64,000 nt of DNA, from positions 334,131 through 398,130 of the forward strand of contig CAWDVI010000003.1 in assembly GCA_963805865.1 (NCBI GenBank), given 5' to 3'. Shown in pieces: positions 35,401 to 41,997 of this stretch. Numbering within the stretch: the first letter of the stretch is position 1; each line of letters opens with the position of its first letter. The stretch comes from an uncultured bacterium (GTDB lineage: Bacteria; Patescibacteriota; Saccharimonadia; Saccharimonadales; UBA4665). The notes beneath the pieces were generated by a model, which did no database searches, was not told the origin of the DNA, and saw nothing but the letters and a program-made list of their open reading frames with translations. Made by a program: the position numbers and the translations under genes.

Positions 35401-38400
35401 GCGGCGCGGCTATCAACCTGAATAACGGTACCATCGCCAGTAATGTCAGCAGCGTAGACCTGCTGAACGCCACTGTTACAACTCTAAACGTCGGCGGGGC
35501 AGTAGGAGCAGGCGGTATCAACCTGGCCGGCGGCTCCAGCTCAACCGGCTGTACCATTGACGGCACTAACGGCAACCTGGTTTGTACCGGCAGTATTACT
35601 AGCGGCGGCGGCTCTGCCGTAGGCTACTGGAGCCGCACCGGCACCACTTTGTCACCGGCTACATCTGGCGACAATGTCACCACCTCTGGCAACATCTCCA
35701 CCAGTGGCTCAGGGACCATTACAAGCGCCTCAACAGTTACCGGTACTACCTTGAACGGTACTACTGGCATCAATACCGGAGCGGGCGCTGGCACCCAGCG
35801 CATAGATAGCAGCGGCAACCTGGTAGCCATAGGTAATATTACCGGCTCCAGTGCTGTAGCTATCGCTGCCGGCAGTACTGCCCAAAACATAACCTTAGAC
35901 GGCTCCACTACCGGCAAGGTACAGATCGGCGCCACCTCCACCGGCGATATTGAACTAGGCGGCGGCTCCGGCTCAACCGGCTGTACGCTCACCAATTCCA
36001 CCGGCGCCTTCGCTTGTACAAGCACCATCAACGGCGCCACCATCTCCGGCGGCACGCTCTCCGGCGGTAACGTATCCGGCGGTACTTTGACAGCAACAGC
36101 AGTCAACAGCCTGAACGTATCTAGTACTGCCATAGCGGTTCAAGCTGCAGCCACGGGCCTGACCATAGATGCCGGCACCAGCGGAACCGTATCAATCGGC
36201 GCCACTTCCACCGGCGACATCCTACTGGGCGGCGGCTCTGGCGCGACTGGTTGTACGGTTGCTAACTCCAGCGGTAATCTAACCTGCACAGGCACCATTA
36301 ACGGCGCCACCCTAAGCGGTGGCACACTGAGCTCAGGCGCCGTGAACTCATTGAATGTATCCGGCACGGCAATCTCCGGCACCGGCGCCCTGACGGTGGA
36401 CGCCAACGGCGCCAACACAGTATCAATAGGCGGTATCTCAACCGGCGATGTCCTACTGGCTGGCGGCTCCGGCGCGAACGGCTGTACAGTAGCCAACTCC
36501 ACAGGCAACCTGACCTGTACCGGCAACATAACTGGAGCCGCTACCGGCACTGTCGGTTACTGGACCCGCTCCGGCACCACACTATCACCAGCCACGGCAG
36601 GCGACGCCATCACCACCACCGGCAACATCTCCACGACTAGCACTGGCACCATCACTTCCGCTGGCCTGCTAACCGGCAGTTTGGGTGCCACCATCTCCGG
36701 CGCGGCCATCAGCCTAAACGCTTCCTCCAACTTCGCCACCAACATTAACACTGGTAGCTCAACCGGCGCGGTCGCCATCGGAAATACAACGGCAGCAGAG
36801 ACAGTTACTATCCAGGGCGGCACCGGTGCTAGCGCCGTAGCTATCTCGACCGGCTCAGCCGGAACCTTGAGCCTTGGTAATGGTGGCGTAGCCGGCACCA
36901 TCCAGATAGGTAATACTTCCGGCGCCGTAGCCCAGACCATAGGAATCGGCAACAACGCCACTGCCAGCTCCACCAGCGCCCTCACCATCGGCAACTTACT
37001 GACTACTTCCACGACCGCCATCCAGGGTGGCACCGGCTCCACAGCCGTAACTATCCAATCCGGTGCCTCCGGCACCATCAGCGTCGGCACTACTTCCCAG
37101 ACTTCCACCCTGAACCTGGGCAACACCAGCGCCTCATCCACCACCCTCATAAACGGTGGCACTGGCGCTAGTGCCATCAGCATCCAAGCCGGCACCTCTG
37201 GCACCATCAGCATCGGCACCACTAACGTCAACACTGTAACGGTTGGCAACACCTCCAACGCCGGCACCCTGACCTTCGGCCGGTCCACCCAGGGTGAGAC
37301 CATCAACATCGGCAATGGTAACGTCGCCTCCGGCAAGACCAACACCATCAACATTGGCGCCACCGCTACGTCCACTGGTAAGGATGTGGTCACTGTAGGC
37401 AGTACTGTGGCCGCCTCCACGCTGACGCTGCAGGGCGGCAACACCTCCTCAGCAGTAAGCATACAGTCCGCGGCCTCCGGCACCATCAGCGTGGGCACCT
37501 CCGGTGTAGCTAACACTGTTCAAATCGGTAACACCAGCGGCGCAGTAGCCCAGACCATCAACATCGGCAACAGCTCCACCGCTAGCTCTACCAACACCGT
37601 AAACATCGGTTCGGCCATAGGCACTAGCCCTATAACTCTGAAGGGTGGCACTAGTGGCATCACTCTCAATCCGGCTGGCGGATCATCGAATAACGGTGTA
37701 TTGGTTAAGCCAACCAGCGACACCACCACCGCCTTCCAGGTGCAGAATGCCAGCGGCACGGCCGCCCTAAATGTAGATACTACCAATATGACTACGACCT
37801 TGCAGGGCGGTGCCGATACGGCCACCATAGGCTCAGAGCTGATAACTACTACGGACTTCACCAATGCAGCCTGGACTAAAACCGGCTGGAGCACCACTAC
37901 GACTACGGCCACACATAACACCGGCAACACCAACCCGCTGTACTCGGCCCAGTTTACGTCCTCTACGACTGCTACATATCAGGTTAAATATACTGTTAGC
38001 GGTAGTCCTGCGCTTGGTTCCACGCTTAGTGTGTTATTCGGGAGTTCCTCTGGAGCGGGTGGATGCACGGTAGCCAGCCATACATTTGAGGGTGCTTCTG
38101 CAAGCAACTTTACCAATACAGTGCTTTTGACATGCAGTTCTTCCACCACAGGTGAAATAAGCTTTGTCCCGTCCAGTGATTTCAATGGAATTATATCGGC
38201 CGTGTCAATTAAAGAAGTAACTTTGAATGCCAGCCCAGCTTTCACAATTAACGACTCTACGGGTGTCGCTTATCTAGAAGTCAGGACTGCCACCGGTAGC
38301 AGTGGCGGTAACCTCTTTATCGGCAATAATTCTGGCCAGTCCGATACCAATGGCTGGGCTAATACAGCAGTTGGATTACACGCACTACAAGATAATACAA

Positions 38401-40304
38401 CAGGCATAGCCAACACGGCGTTTGGCAACGGAGCTTTGCAACACACCACTACCTCCTTGTTTAACACCGCCGTAGGCGCGGTTGCTTTGCAGAGCAATAC
38501 TACAGGAGGATCTAATGTAGCATTAGGCTATAATTCTCTTCATGATAACCTTACAGGTAGCAACAACGCTGGTATAGGTACAAGCGCTTTGCAGCACAAC
38601 ACCACAGGAAGCTACAACACTGCGCTCGGTATTGCTTCCTTGCAGAATAGCACTATAGGGAAACAGAACACGGCCGTAGGCTATAGTTCTTTAAATGGCA
38701 ACACCACAGGAAGCTACAACACTGCGCTTGGCATAAATGCACTATTAACGAATACCACTGGAGCACATAACACAGCTGTCGGCGAGGGGGCTGACGTAGG
38801 CTCTGCCGGTCTATCTAACGCCACTGCCATCGGCACTCACTCTCTGGTGAGCCAAAGCGACAGCCTGGTTTTGGGTTGTGTCAGTGGCACGAATAGCTGT
38901 ACCGCCAACACTAAAGTTGGCATCGACAACGCCGCGCCGGCCCATACCCTGGACGTTGCTGGCGACGGCCTGTTCAAGACCGATTCCACCGCCGCCTTCC
39001 AGATTCAGGATGCTTCTGGCAATACCCATTTCTCGGTCGATACCTCAGGTTCTACATACACTGCGGTCAACGTGGGCGGTTCTGGCACTTCATATGGCGA
39101 GATCAACCTCTTACAAGGCAGCAGTAAGATATGGGGTCTGGCTACTGATGACGGTGGCCCTGGTGGATCCAACGGCCTTAACTTCTATAACTATGGCGCA
39201 GGCACCGTCAACTTCGCGTTGTCAGCCGATGGCGAAGCGTACTTTACCACCGACGATGGTAGCAGCAACGACTCCTATACTGCCCTACAGGTGCGGAATC
39301 ACAGCGATACATCATCCTTCATAGTCAGTACCAAAAACGTGTCTACCGGCTACAATTCGGCCAATGCCATCTTGAAAGTCGCCAAGGATTCCGGCACGAA
39401 CCGCTCAATCAACGCCGCCGGTTCTATCAATGCCTCCGGAGCTGACTACGCGGAGTATATATCTTGGAGTGGCGCCGTGCCTGACCCGGGTTCGGTAGTG
39501 ACCTACAACGGTAGCGCATACGTGGTGTCTTCCCAAGACACCGCCGCGTTCGTCGGTAATGATAACTTTAGCGGCGGCAGTGTGCTGGTAACCTTCGCCG
39601 GCCAGGTGCCCGTTAAGGTAACCGGCACGGTTAACGCCGGCGACCTGTTGGTAGATAACGGCGATGGCACGGCCAAGGCGGTGGATCCGGCCAGCGCCTC
39701 CATAATGCAGTACGTCGGCAAGCTGGGCATCGCCCAGGAGGCTAGCTCGGATAGCGGCGTCAAGCTGGTCAAAGCGGCCATCGGTACCACCAGCTCTAAT
39801 GTAAATTCTGCTCTGGGTCAAACATCAAGTGGCAGTTTCTCGGATATCAACGTCAGCGGCACGGCCACGATTAATAACCTGACGGTTACCGGTTCGGCCA
39901 ATATTGCTGACTTGACGGCTGGCAGCCTACACGTTACTTCCAGCGCGGTCTTTGCCGGTGATATCACCGTGGGCGGGCATATCATCACCTCTGGTGGACA
40001 GCCGACGGCTACGGCCCAGGCTTCGGCGGGCGGCTCGGCTACAGTGGCGGTGGATGGCACGGACACCACCGGTACGATTACGATAACTACCGGTAGCGCG
40101 CCTTCGGCTGGCGACCTGGCCAAGATCCTGTTCTCGCGGACCTACGGTGCCGCGCCGCACATCGTCTTGAGTCCGTCCAATGACAAGGCCGCGGGCTTGC
40201 ACTTCTACAAGGGGTCGACGAGCGCCACGGACTTCATGTTCGACGCCCAGGACGCCCCGGCGGCCAACACCACGTACACCTTTGACTACTTCATCGCGCA
40301 GTAA
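26442..40304 (+). CDS. giant (4,620 aa) N-terminally membrane-anchored, repeat-rich cell-surface fibre/adhesin-like protein with tail-fibre-like C-terminal region
   Basis: Single uninterrupted 13.9-kb ORF. CxxC..CxxC N-terminus, acidic Pro-rich linker, one TM helix (about 27267..27341), then about 4,300 aa of G/T/S/N/A-rich repeats. NTAxG repeats at about 38340..38830 and a GADYAEY motif at about 39430. Confidence 0.9.
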   Translation: MPAKSTKNTKTCQICKTSFQGRKDAKTCSPACRKRLQRNLQAQIAYKAKRLESVLGKELHRIAAALLENHVVHEPLVLADERGAIAVAEPPTEEKQEGALDVEHEEPPASQPVASEPAANEPATTQIPVAAPPSEPTPVEPQIQSTALPREADKRFSPSIVTPEPVAESLESNPVEVTPEPAAAPEPAATPDIQISQAAPIEEQPVPEPASQPEPQASTAAPSAIHLEDMMSSESLEPSAFGEAESMESAADDGAKGKPPKTSGLGGNFSLFRWNKVALMATGLSLLAIVVVSVGGFFLLSRHNTQHLASKNSPGNYSVGDLPLSNVQANPALQVGEANEVTINGQLTVNKTLVLAPSSTPSAPVTGQIYYDKTANAPAYYNGSQFISLAPQQGVTSIGGLGGTVGLGNGLSASGDQIAVSNSLIQQINDASNQTRVISLQGLSGNLALSAGPGISINGLTISATGGGAGVTSLTGTANQVNVSAATGNVTLSLPQSIATTSTPTFGGLTLGSALTAANGGTGAASFTSNGILYGNGAGAIQSTASANNSVLVTSGAGVPSLSQTLPLQVQSNITQTGTLNAGAITAGFGAISTVNNITTSALIQGGSLQVTGGNFTVDGTGNVVANGTVNIEGSGGITIGVAGTTAGSIVIANASNLHTTTLQALASATQDQTITIPVSSATTDQICLLTLGNCFGSGSSVTSIGTQNYISKFTNAAANEIGNSLLYDNGTSVGVGTITPGASYLLDVNGSLNAAGSATIGTGLTVTTGGATITGDILQTGTGAFTTGSGAVTLNGNTSITGSKTLTVGTGATTLGGTLDVTGLSTLTGGATILAPATITGTANINTTGTASTSIGNATGNFSLTSPGLNVSTAGALSGVTGYTQTSGNFSQSGTGTFGTGTGTVSLNGATSVTNGDFTIGVAGSTVGNLNLANATSTRLVILQGLNPSGAGDATIQIPTIAGGTTDTVCLLALANCSASGAAGGDLTGSYPNPTIAKLQGTTLTLSSLASGDVLQYNGSAIVNGHITNSNLTAGTFSAITGTGALTAGSIASGFGTISTANTITGTTLNGTTGINTGAGAGTQRIDASGNLVNIGTITSGLINGQTISSSANFTGSLTVQGAGGITAGVAGATAGSLTLANGSNSQLSLLQASAPTGAGNATFLLPGLAGGSSYTLCTTTTCAASGSGVTSLDSLTGALTINNSSGSGSAITIDNAAADGTTKGIATFNATNFTASSGVINTIQNIATTSSPVFVSPNGTTGINTGAGAGTQRIDASGNLVNIGTITTSGAINTATISGGTLSGGNVSGGTLTATAVNGLNVSSTAIAVQAAATGLTIDAGTSGTVSIGATSTGDILLGGGSGSTGCTVTNSNGNLACSGTITGTTLNGTTGINTGAGAGTNRIDSSGNLVNIGTITSGLINGQTISSSANFTGTLGVATSVTTPLVNLTVGANTVSISSAAQANDVALSIPADTNTTDTLCLLTLGNCSASGSAGGDLTGSYPNPTIAKLQGTTLTLSSLASGDVLQYNGSAIVNGHITNSNLTAGTFSAITGTGALTAGSIASGFGTIATANTITGTTINGTTGINTGAGAGTQRIDASGNLVNIGTITSGLINGQTISSSANFTGTLTVQGSSLTVGTPGTTIGSINLSTSASNSREVILQGLNPSGTGNATIQIPTIAGGTTDAVCLVALGNCAGSGGGITGSGTSGTLAVFTGTGSIGNSVITESGSAVSVAGTLAVTGASSLTLGTAGPAGNTGAIVFNNSANANTLTLQSGATGSNLTFTLPTADGANGDCLMTNSSGVLSFQACTGGAGGGVTSLDGLTGILTINNSSGSGSAITIDNAAADGTTKGIATFNATNFTASSGVINTIQNIATTSSPVFVSPNGTTGINTGAGAGTQRIDASGNLVNIGTITTSGAINTATISGGTLSGGNVSGGTLTATAVNGLNVSSTAIAVQAAATGLTIDAGTSGTVSIGATSTGDILLGGGSGSTGCTVTNSNGNLACSGTITGTTLNGTTGINTGAGAGTNRIDSSGNLVNIGTITSGLINGQTISSSANFTGTLGVATSVTTPLVNLTVGANTVSISSAAQANDVALSIPADTNTTDTLCLLTLGNCSASGSAGGDLTGSYPNPTIAKLQGTTLTLSSLASGDVLQYNGSAIVNGHITNSNLTAGTFSAITGTGALTAGSIASGFGTIATANTITGTTINGTTGINTGAGAGTQRIDASGNLVNIGTITTSGAINTATISGGTLSGGNVSGGTLSATAVNGLNVSSTAIAVQAAATGLTIDAGTSGTVSIGATSTGDILLGGGSGSTGCTVTNSNGNLACSGTITGTTLNGTTGINTGAGAGTNRIDSSGNLVNIGTITSGLINGQTISSSANFTGTVAIQGATALTLGTAGPAGNTGAIVFQNSAGTHTVTLQGTAADTAANYTLTIPTLTGNDTLCVATLSNCTAAGSASGDLTGTYPGPTIAKLQGTTLTLSSLASGDVLQYNGSAIVNGHITNSNLTAGTFSAITGTGALTAGSIASGFGTISTGNNITTTTTVQGGVVNATSTLELGGADINTAGTLSNVAYLNATSNNFTSTTLQHNGNDICDNSNNCNYAPASGGNYLARNAADTSSAAVTAANNLYSFTNSSSATASGVLKLDNGTNTNSALTVTASGNPTSGQALIFASNTNASPSGNLIDLQSGSSPTSKFSVDASGNLTATGTINGATITSTTFNTATISGGTLTGGSLSSSAVNGLSVSGGTITNPTITGTVTGSSSPTISGFGTYNGQTISSSANFTGTLAVQGASTTIGTASGTTGTVKLYNSGGSGSITLTPANPSSTDYTLTLPAENGTICTTGSVCTGYAPSSGGNYIAKNAQDTSSASTTGNLLGLTNTNTGAAGVLSLTNSGTNSALSILQSGTSEPGAGEALIKANNNTTTPTGNLLDLQNKGTSEFAVDVSGNSTQLGLATTVGLNAQSGLIQGTNGLTVSGAAINLNNGTIASNVSSVDLLNATVTTLNVGGAVGAGGINLAGGSSSTGCTIDGTNGNLVCTGSITSGGGSAVGYWSRTGTTLSPATSGDNVTTSGNISTSGSGTITSASTVTGTTLNGTTGINTGAGAGTQRIDSSGNLVAIGNITGSSAVAIAAGSTAQNITLDGSTTGKVQIGATSTGDIELGGGSGSTGCTLTNSTGAFACTSTINGATISGGTLSGGNVSGGTLTATAVNSLNVSSTAIAVQAAATGLTIDAGTSGTVSIGATSTGDILLGGGSGATGCTVANSSGNLTCTGTINGATLSGGTLSSGAVNSLNVSGTAISGTGALTVDANGANTVSIGGISTGDVLLAGGSGANGCTVANSTGNLTCTGNITGAATGTVGYWTRSGTTLSPATAGDAITTTGNISTTSTGTITSAGLLTGSLGATISGAAISLNASSNFATNINTGSSTGAVAIGNTTAAETVTIQGGTGASAVAISTGSAGTLSLGNGGVAGTIQIGNTSGAVAQTIGIGNNATASSTSALTIGNLLTTSTTAIQGGTGSTAVTIQSGASGTISVGTTSQTSTLNLGNTSASSTTLINGGTGASAISIQAGTSGTISIGTTNVNTVTVGNTSNAGTLTFGRSTQGETINIGNGNVASGKTNTINIGATATSTGKDVVTVGSTVAASTLTLQGGNTSSAVSIQSAASGTISVGTSGVANTVQIGNTSGAVAQTINIGNSSTASSTNTVNIGSAIGTSPITLKGGTSGITLNPAGGSSNNGVLVKPTSDTTTAFQVQNASGTAALNVDTTNMTTTLQGGADTATIGSELITTTDFTNAAWTKTGWSTTTTTATHNTGNTNPLYSAQFTSSTTATYQVKYTVSGSPALGSTLSVLFGSSSGAGGCTVASHTFEGASASNFTNTVLLTCSSSTTGEISFVPSSDFNGIISAVSIKEVTLNASPAFTINDSTGVAYLEVRTATGSSGGNLFIGNNSGQSDTNGWANTAVGLHALQDNTTGIANTAFGNGALQHTTTSLFNTAVGAVALQSNTTGGSNVALGYNSLHDNLTGSNNAGIGTSALQHNTTGSYNTALGIASLQNSTIGKQNTAVGYSSLNGNTTGSYNTALGINALLTNTTGAHNTAVGEGADVGSAGLSNATAIGTHSLVSQSDSLVLGCVSGTNSCTANTKVGIDNAAPAHTLDVAGDGLFKTDSTAAFQIQDASGNTHFSVDTSGSTYTAVNVGGSGTSYGEINLLQGSSKIWGLATDDGGPGGSNGLNFYNYGAGTVNFALSADGEAYFTTDDGSSNDSYTALQVRNHSDTSSFIVSTKNVSTGYNSANAILKVAKDSGTNRSINAAGSINASGADYAEYISWSGAVPDPGSVVTYNGSAYVVSSQDTAAFVGNDNFSGGSVLVTFAGQVPVKVTGTVNAGDLLVDNGDGTAKAVDPASASIMQYVGKLGIAQEASSDSGVKLVKAAIGTTSSNVNSALGQTSSGSFSDINVSGTATINNLTVTGSANIADLTAGSLHVTSSAVFAGDITVGGHIITSGGQPTATAQASAGGSATVAVDGTDTTGTITITTGSAPSAGDLAKILFSRTYGAAPHIVLSPSNDKAAGLHFYKGSTSATDFMFDAQDAPAANTTYTFDYFIAQ
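30045..31276 (+). repeat. 1.23-kb intragenic direct repeat, copy A
   Basis: Line-by-line comparison with 31938..33169 (offset exactly 1893 nt, in frame) found one mismatch (30093 t vs 31986 c). Confidence 0.9.
31938..33169 (+). repeat. 1.23-kb intragenic direct repeat, copy B
   Basis: See copy A. The antisense ORFs 29966..30910 and 30953..32803 share an identical ~290-aa N-terminus for the same reason. Confidence 0.9.
40053..40304 (+). repeat. terminal 252-nt segment of the giant gene (R0), founder of the downstream 3'-end cassette family
   Basis: Encodes DGTDTTGTITITTGSAPSAGDLAKILFSRTYGAAPHIVLSPSNDKAAGLHFYKGSTSATDFMFDAQDAPAANTTYTFDYFIAQ*. Confidence 0.9.
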
Positions 40305-40411
40305 AGTAGGGTAGCCCGCGCCAAAACATCTCCTAAACAATAAAATCACCAAAATTAATTTTTATTTAATCTCAGCTTGCTACTATGGAGCCAGAAAGGA
40401 GGTGATACAAT

Positions 40412-40636
40412 ATGTTCATGAGCAAACAACTGAGGTATGATGTCGTGCTTGAGCCCCAGCCGAGCGGCGGTTATACCGTGTACGTGCCCGATTTACCAGG
40501 TTGCGTCAGCGAAGGCCGCACCAAAAGCGAAGCCCTAGCCATGATCCGCGACGCTATCACCGGCTATTTGGCAGTTCGCGCCAAGAAGGGCTGGCGCTTG
40601 CCCAAGGTGGAGCATCAGCAGGTTACTGTAACGTGA
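40412..40636 (+). CDS. hicB: HicB-family antitoxin (UPF0150-type)
   Basis: AAGGAGG RBS; YDVVLEPQPSGGYTVYVPDLPGCVSEGRTKSEALAMIRDAI; stop overlaps the hicA GTG start (GTGA). Confidence 0.8.
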   Translation: MFMSKQLRYDVVLEPQPSGGYTVYVPDLPGCVSEGRTKSEALAMIRDAITGYLAVRAKKGWRLPKVEHQQVTVT

Positions 40637-40851
40637 GTCCGCGCTTACCGCGGCTTACCAGCAAACAATTTATTAAAATCCTCAGAGCTCACGGCTGGGA
40701 AGTAGCCCGCGTCACTGGCAGTCATCACATTATGGCCCACCCCAGAACGAAAGGGATTATCTCCGTTCCACAACACAACCGGACAATGAGTATCGGCACG
40801 CTCAGCCGTTTGGTAAAAGACGCCGGCCTGACGGCCGATGACTTGCACTAG
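40633..40851 (+). CDS. hicA: HicA-family mRNA interferase toxin
   Basis: LTSKQFIKILRAHGWEVARVTGSHHIMAHPRTKGIISVPQHNRTMSIGTLSRLVKDAGL. Confidence 0.8.
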   Translation: MSPRLPRLTSKQFIKILRAHGWEVARVTGSHHIMAHPRTKGIISVPQHNRTMSIGTLSRLVKDAGLTADDLH

Positions 40852-41010
40852 ACCGCCGGCGACCTGGCCAAGATATTGTTCTCTAAGACCTACGACGCGG
40901 TGCCGCACATCGTCTTGAGTCCGTCCAATGGGGCGGCCAGCGGCCTGCACTTCTACAAGGGCAGTACCAGCGCCACGGACTTCATGTTTGACTACTTCAT
41001 CACGCAGTAG
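40852..41010 (+). repeat. 3'-end cassette C1 (5'-truncated, with a 42-nt in-frame internal deletion)
   Basis: Reads (T)AGDLAKILFSKTYDAVPHIVLSPSNGAASGLHFYKGSTSATDFMFDYFITQ*. Begins directly after, and in frame with, the hicA TAG. Confidence 0.9.
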
Positions 41011-41016
41011 CGCATA

Positions 41017-41045
41017 TTGACAGCACCCCTGTCATGGTGTATATT
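41017..41045 (+). promoter_or_regulatory. candidate promoter upstream of NYN gene 1
   Basis: TTGACA, 17 nt, TATATT immediately after cassette C1. Confidence 0.5.
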
Positions 41046-41061
41046 AAAAAGTGCTAAAACC

Positions 41062-41096
41062 TCCCACAGGACCGCAAGGTGTCTGTGGGATTTTTT
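41062..41096 (+). terminator. terminator-like hairpin plus T6 in the leader of NYN gene 1
   Basis: TCCCACAG-13 nt-CTGTGGGA followed by TTTTTT, 16 nt before ATG 41112. Confidence 0.5.
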
Positions 41097-41111
41097 GATA
41101 TACTGTGTGGC

Positions 41112-41684
41112 ATGCCAAAAACCAAAGAACGCTGTGTCATCCTGATTGATGGCAGTAATTTCTTCTTTAAGCTGAAAGATTTACGGCTTCATAATCTGCT
41201 GTCGTTTGACTTCACGGCTTTCAATGGCTACCTGAGCCGCGGCGCCTCTGTTAATGGTGCCACCTATTTTGTCGGCAAGGTGAGGACTGACGGCACCAAA
41301 AAATCCAAACGAATGCAGGCTGATCAGCAGCGGTTGTTCAAACATCTTGCTATGCATGGTTACCGTTACTCGCTCGGTTATTTATTAAAAAATGATGGAG
41401 TTTTTCATGAAAAAGGCGTTGATGTTGAGATAGCCGTGGCTATTTTGGTGACCGCGTACGAAAATTTGGCGGACCGGATCATTCTGGTGTCGTCTGATAC
41501 GGATTTATTGCCAGCCATCAAAAAAGCTCAGCAAAAGGGCAAAACGGTGGAGTACGTCGGCTTCTCGCACAAGCCAAGTTTGGCGCTGGTTGCTCGCTGT
41601 GCCAAAAGCCGCCTGCTTGACCGTGCGGACTTGGAAGGCTTCATCTCAACCCGCAGGCGTAAACCGCCAGCCAGATCACACTAG
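41112..41684 (+). CDS. NYN/LabA-like (PIN-type nuclease) domain protein 1
   Basis: CVILIDGSNFFFKL..HEKGVDVEIAVAIL..DRIILVSSDTDLLPAIKKAQQKGKTVEYVGF. TAG stop abuts cassette C2 in frame. Confidence 0.8.
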   Translation: MPKTKERCVILIDGSNFFFKLKDLRLHNLLSFDFTAFNGYLSRGASVNGATYFVGKVRTDGTKKSKRMQADQQRLFKHLAMHGYRYSLGYLLKNDGVFHEKGVDVEIAVAILVTAYENLADRIILVSSDTDLLPAIKKAQQKGKTVEYVGFSHKPSLALVARCAKSRLLDRADLEGFISTRRRKPPARSH

Positions 41685-41936
41685 GACGGCACGGACACCA
41701 CCGGCACGATTACGATTACCACCGGTAGCGCGCCTACGGCGGGCGATCTGGCCAAGATCCTGTTCTCTAAGACCTACGGCGCGGCGCCGCACGTGGTCTT
41801 GAGTCCGTCTAATGGGGCGGCTTCGGGTCTGCATTTCTACAAGGGGTCGACGAGCGCCACCGACTTCATGTTCGACGCTCAGGATGCGCCTTCGGCCAAT
41901 ACCACGTACACCTTCGATTACTTCATCGCGCAGTAG
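41685..41936 (+). repeat. 3'-end cassette C2 (full length, 252 nt, stop retained)
   Basis: Codon-for-codon alignable with 40053..40304. My hand alignment of 83 codons gives about 22 synonymous-only codon differences and 7 amino-acid changes. Confidence 0.9.
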
Positions 41937-41997
41937 CTTCTTAAACAATTCTTAATCTTGCTTATAATCCCTGTGGTATGACGCTATAATATAGAGT

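Noticed and set aside
29966-37933. Long minus-strand ORFs antisense to the giant gene (for example 30953..32803 at 616 aa, plus 29966..30910, 32846..33733, 36557..37516)
   Set aside because: They are Pro/Val/Ala/Leu-rich mirror translations of the GGC/ACC/GCC-rich sense codons and have no motifs. Their identical N-termini simply reflect the 1.23-kb sense-strand repeat. The sense ORF is continuous for 13.9 kb.
41079-41111. GTG start of NYN gene 1 at 41079
   Set aside because: This start lies inside the terminator-like hairpin and T-run. The conserved NYN N-terminus (CVILIDGSN) follows the ATG at 41112.
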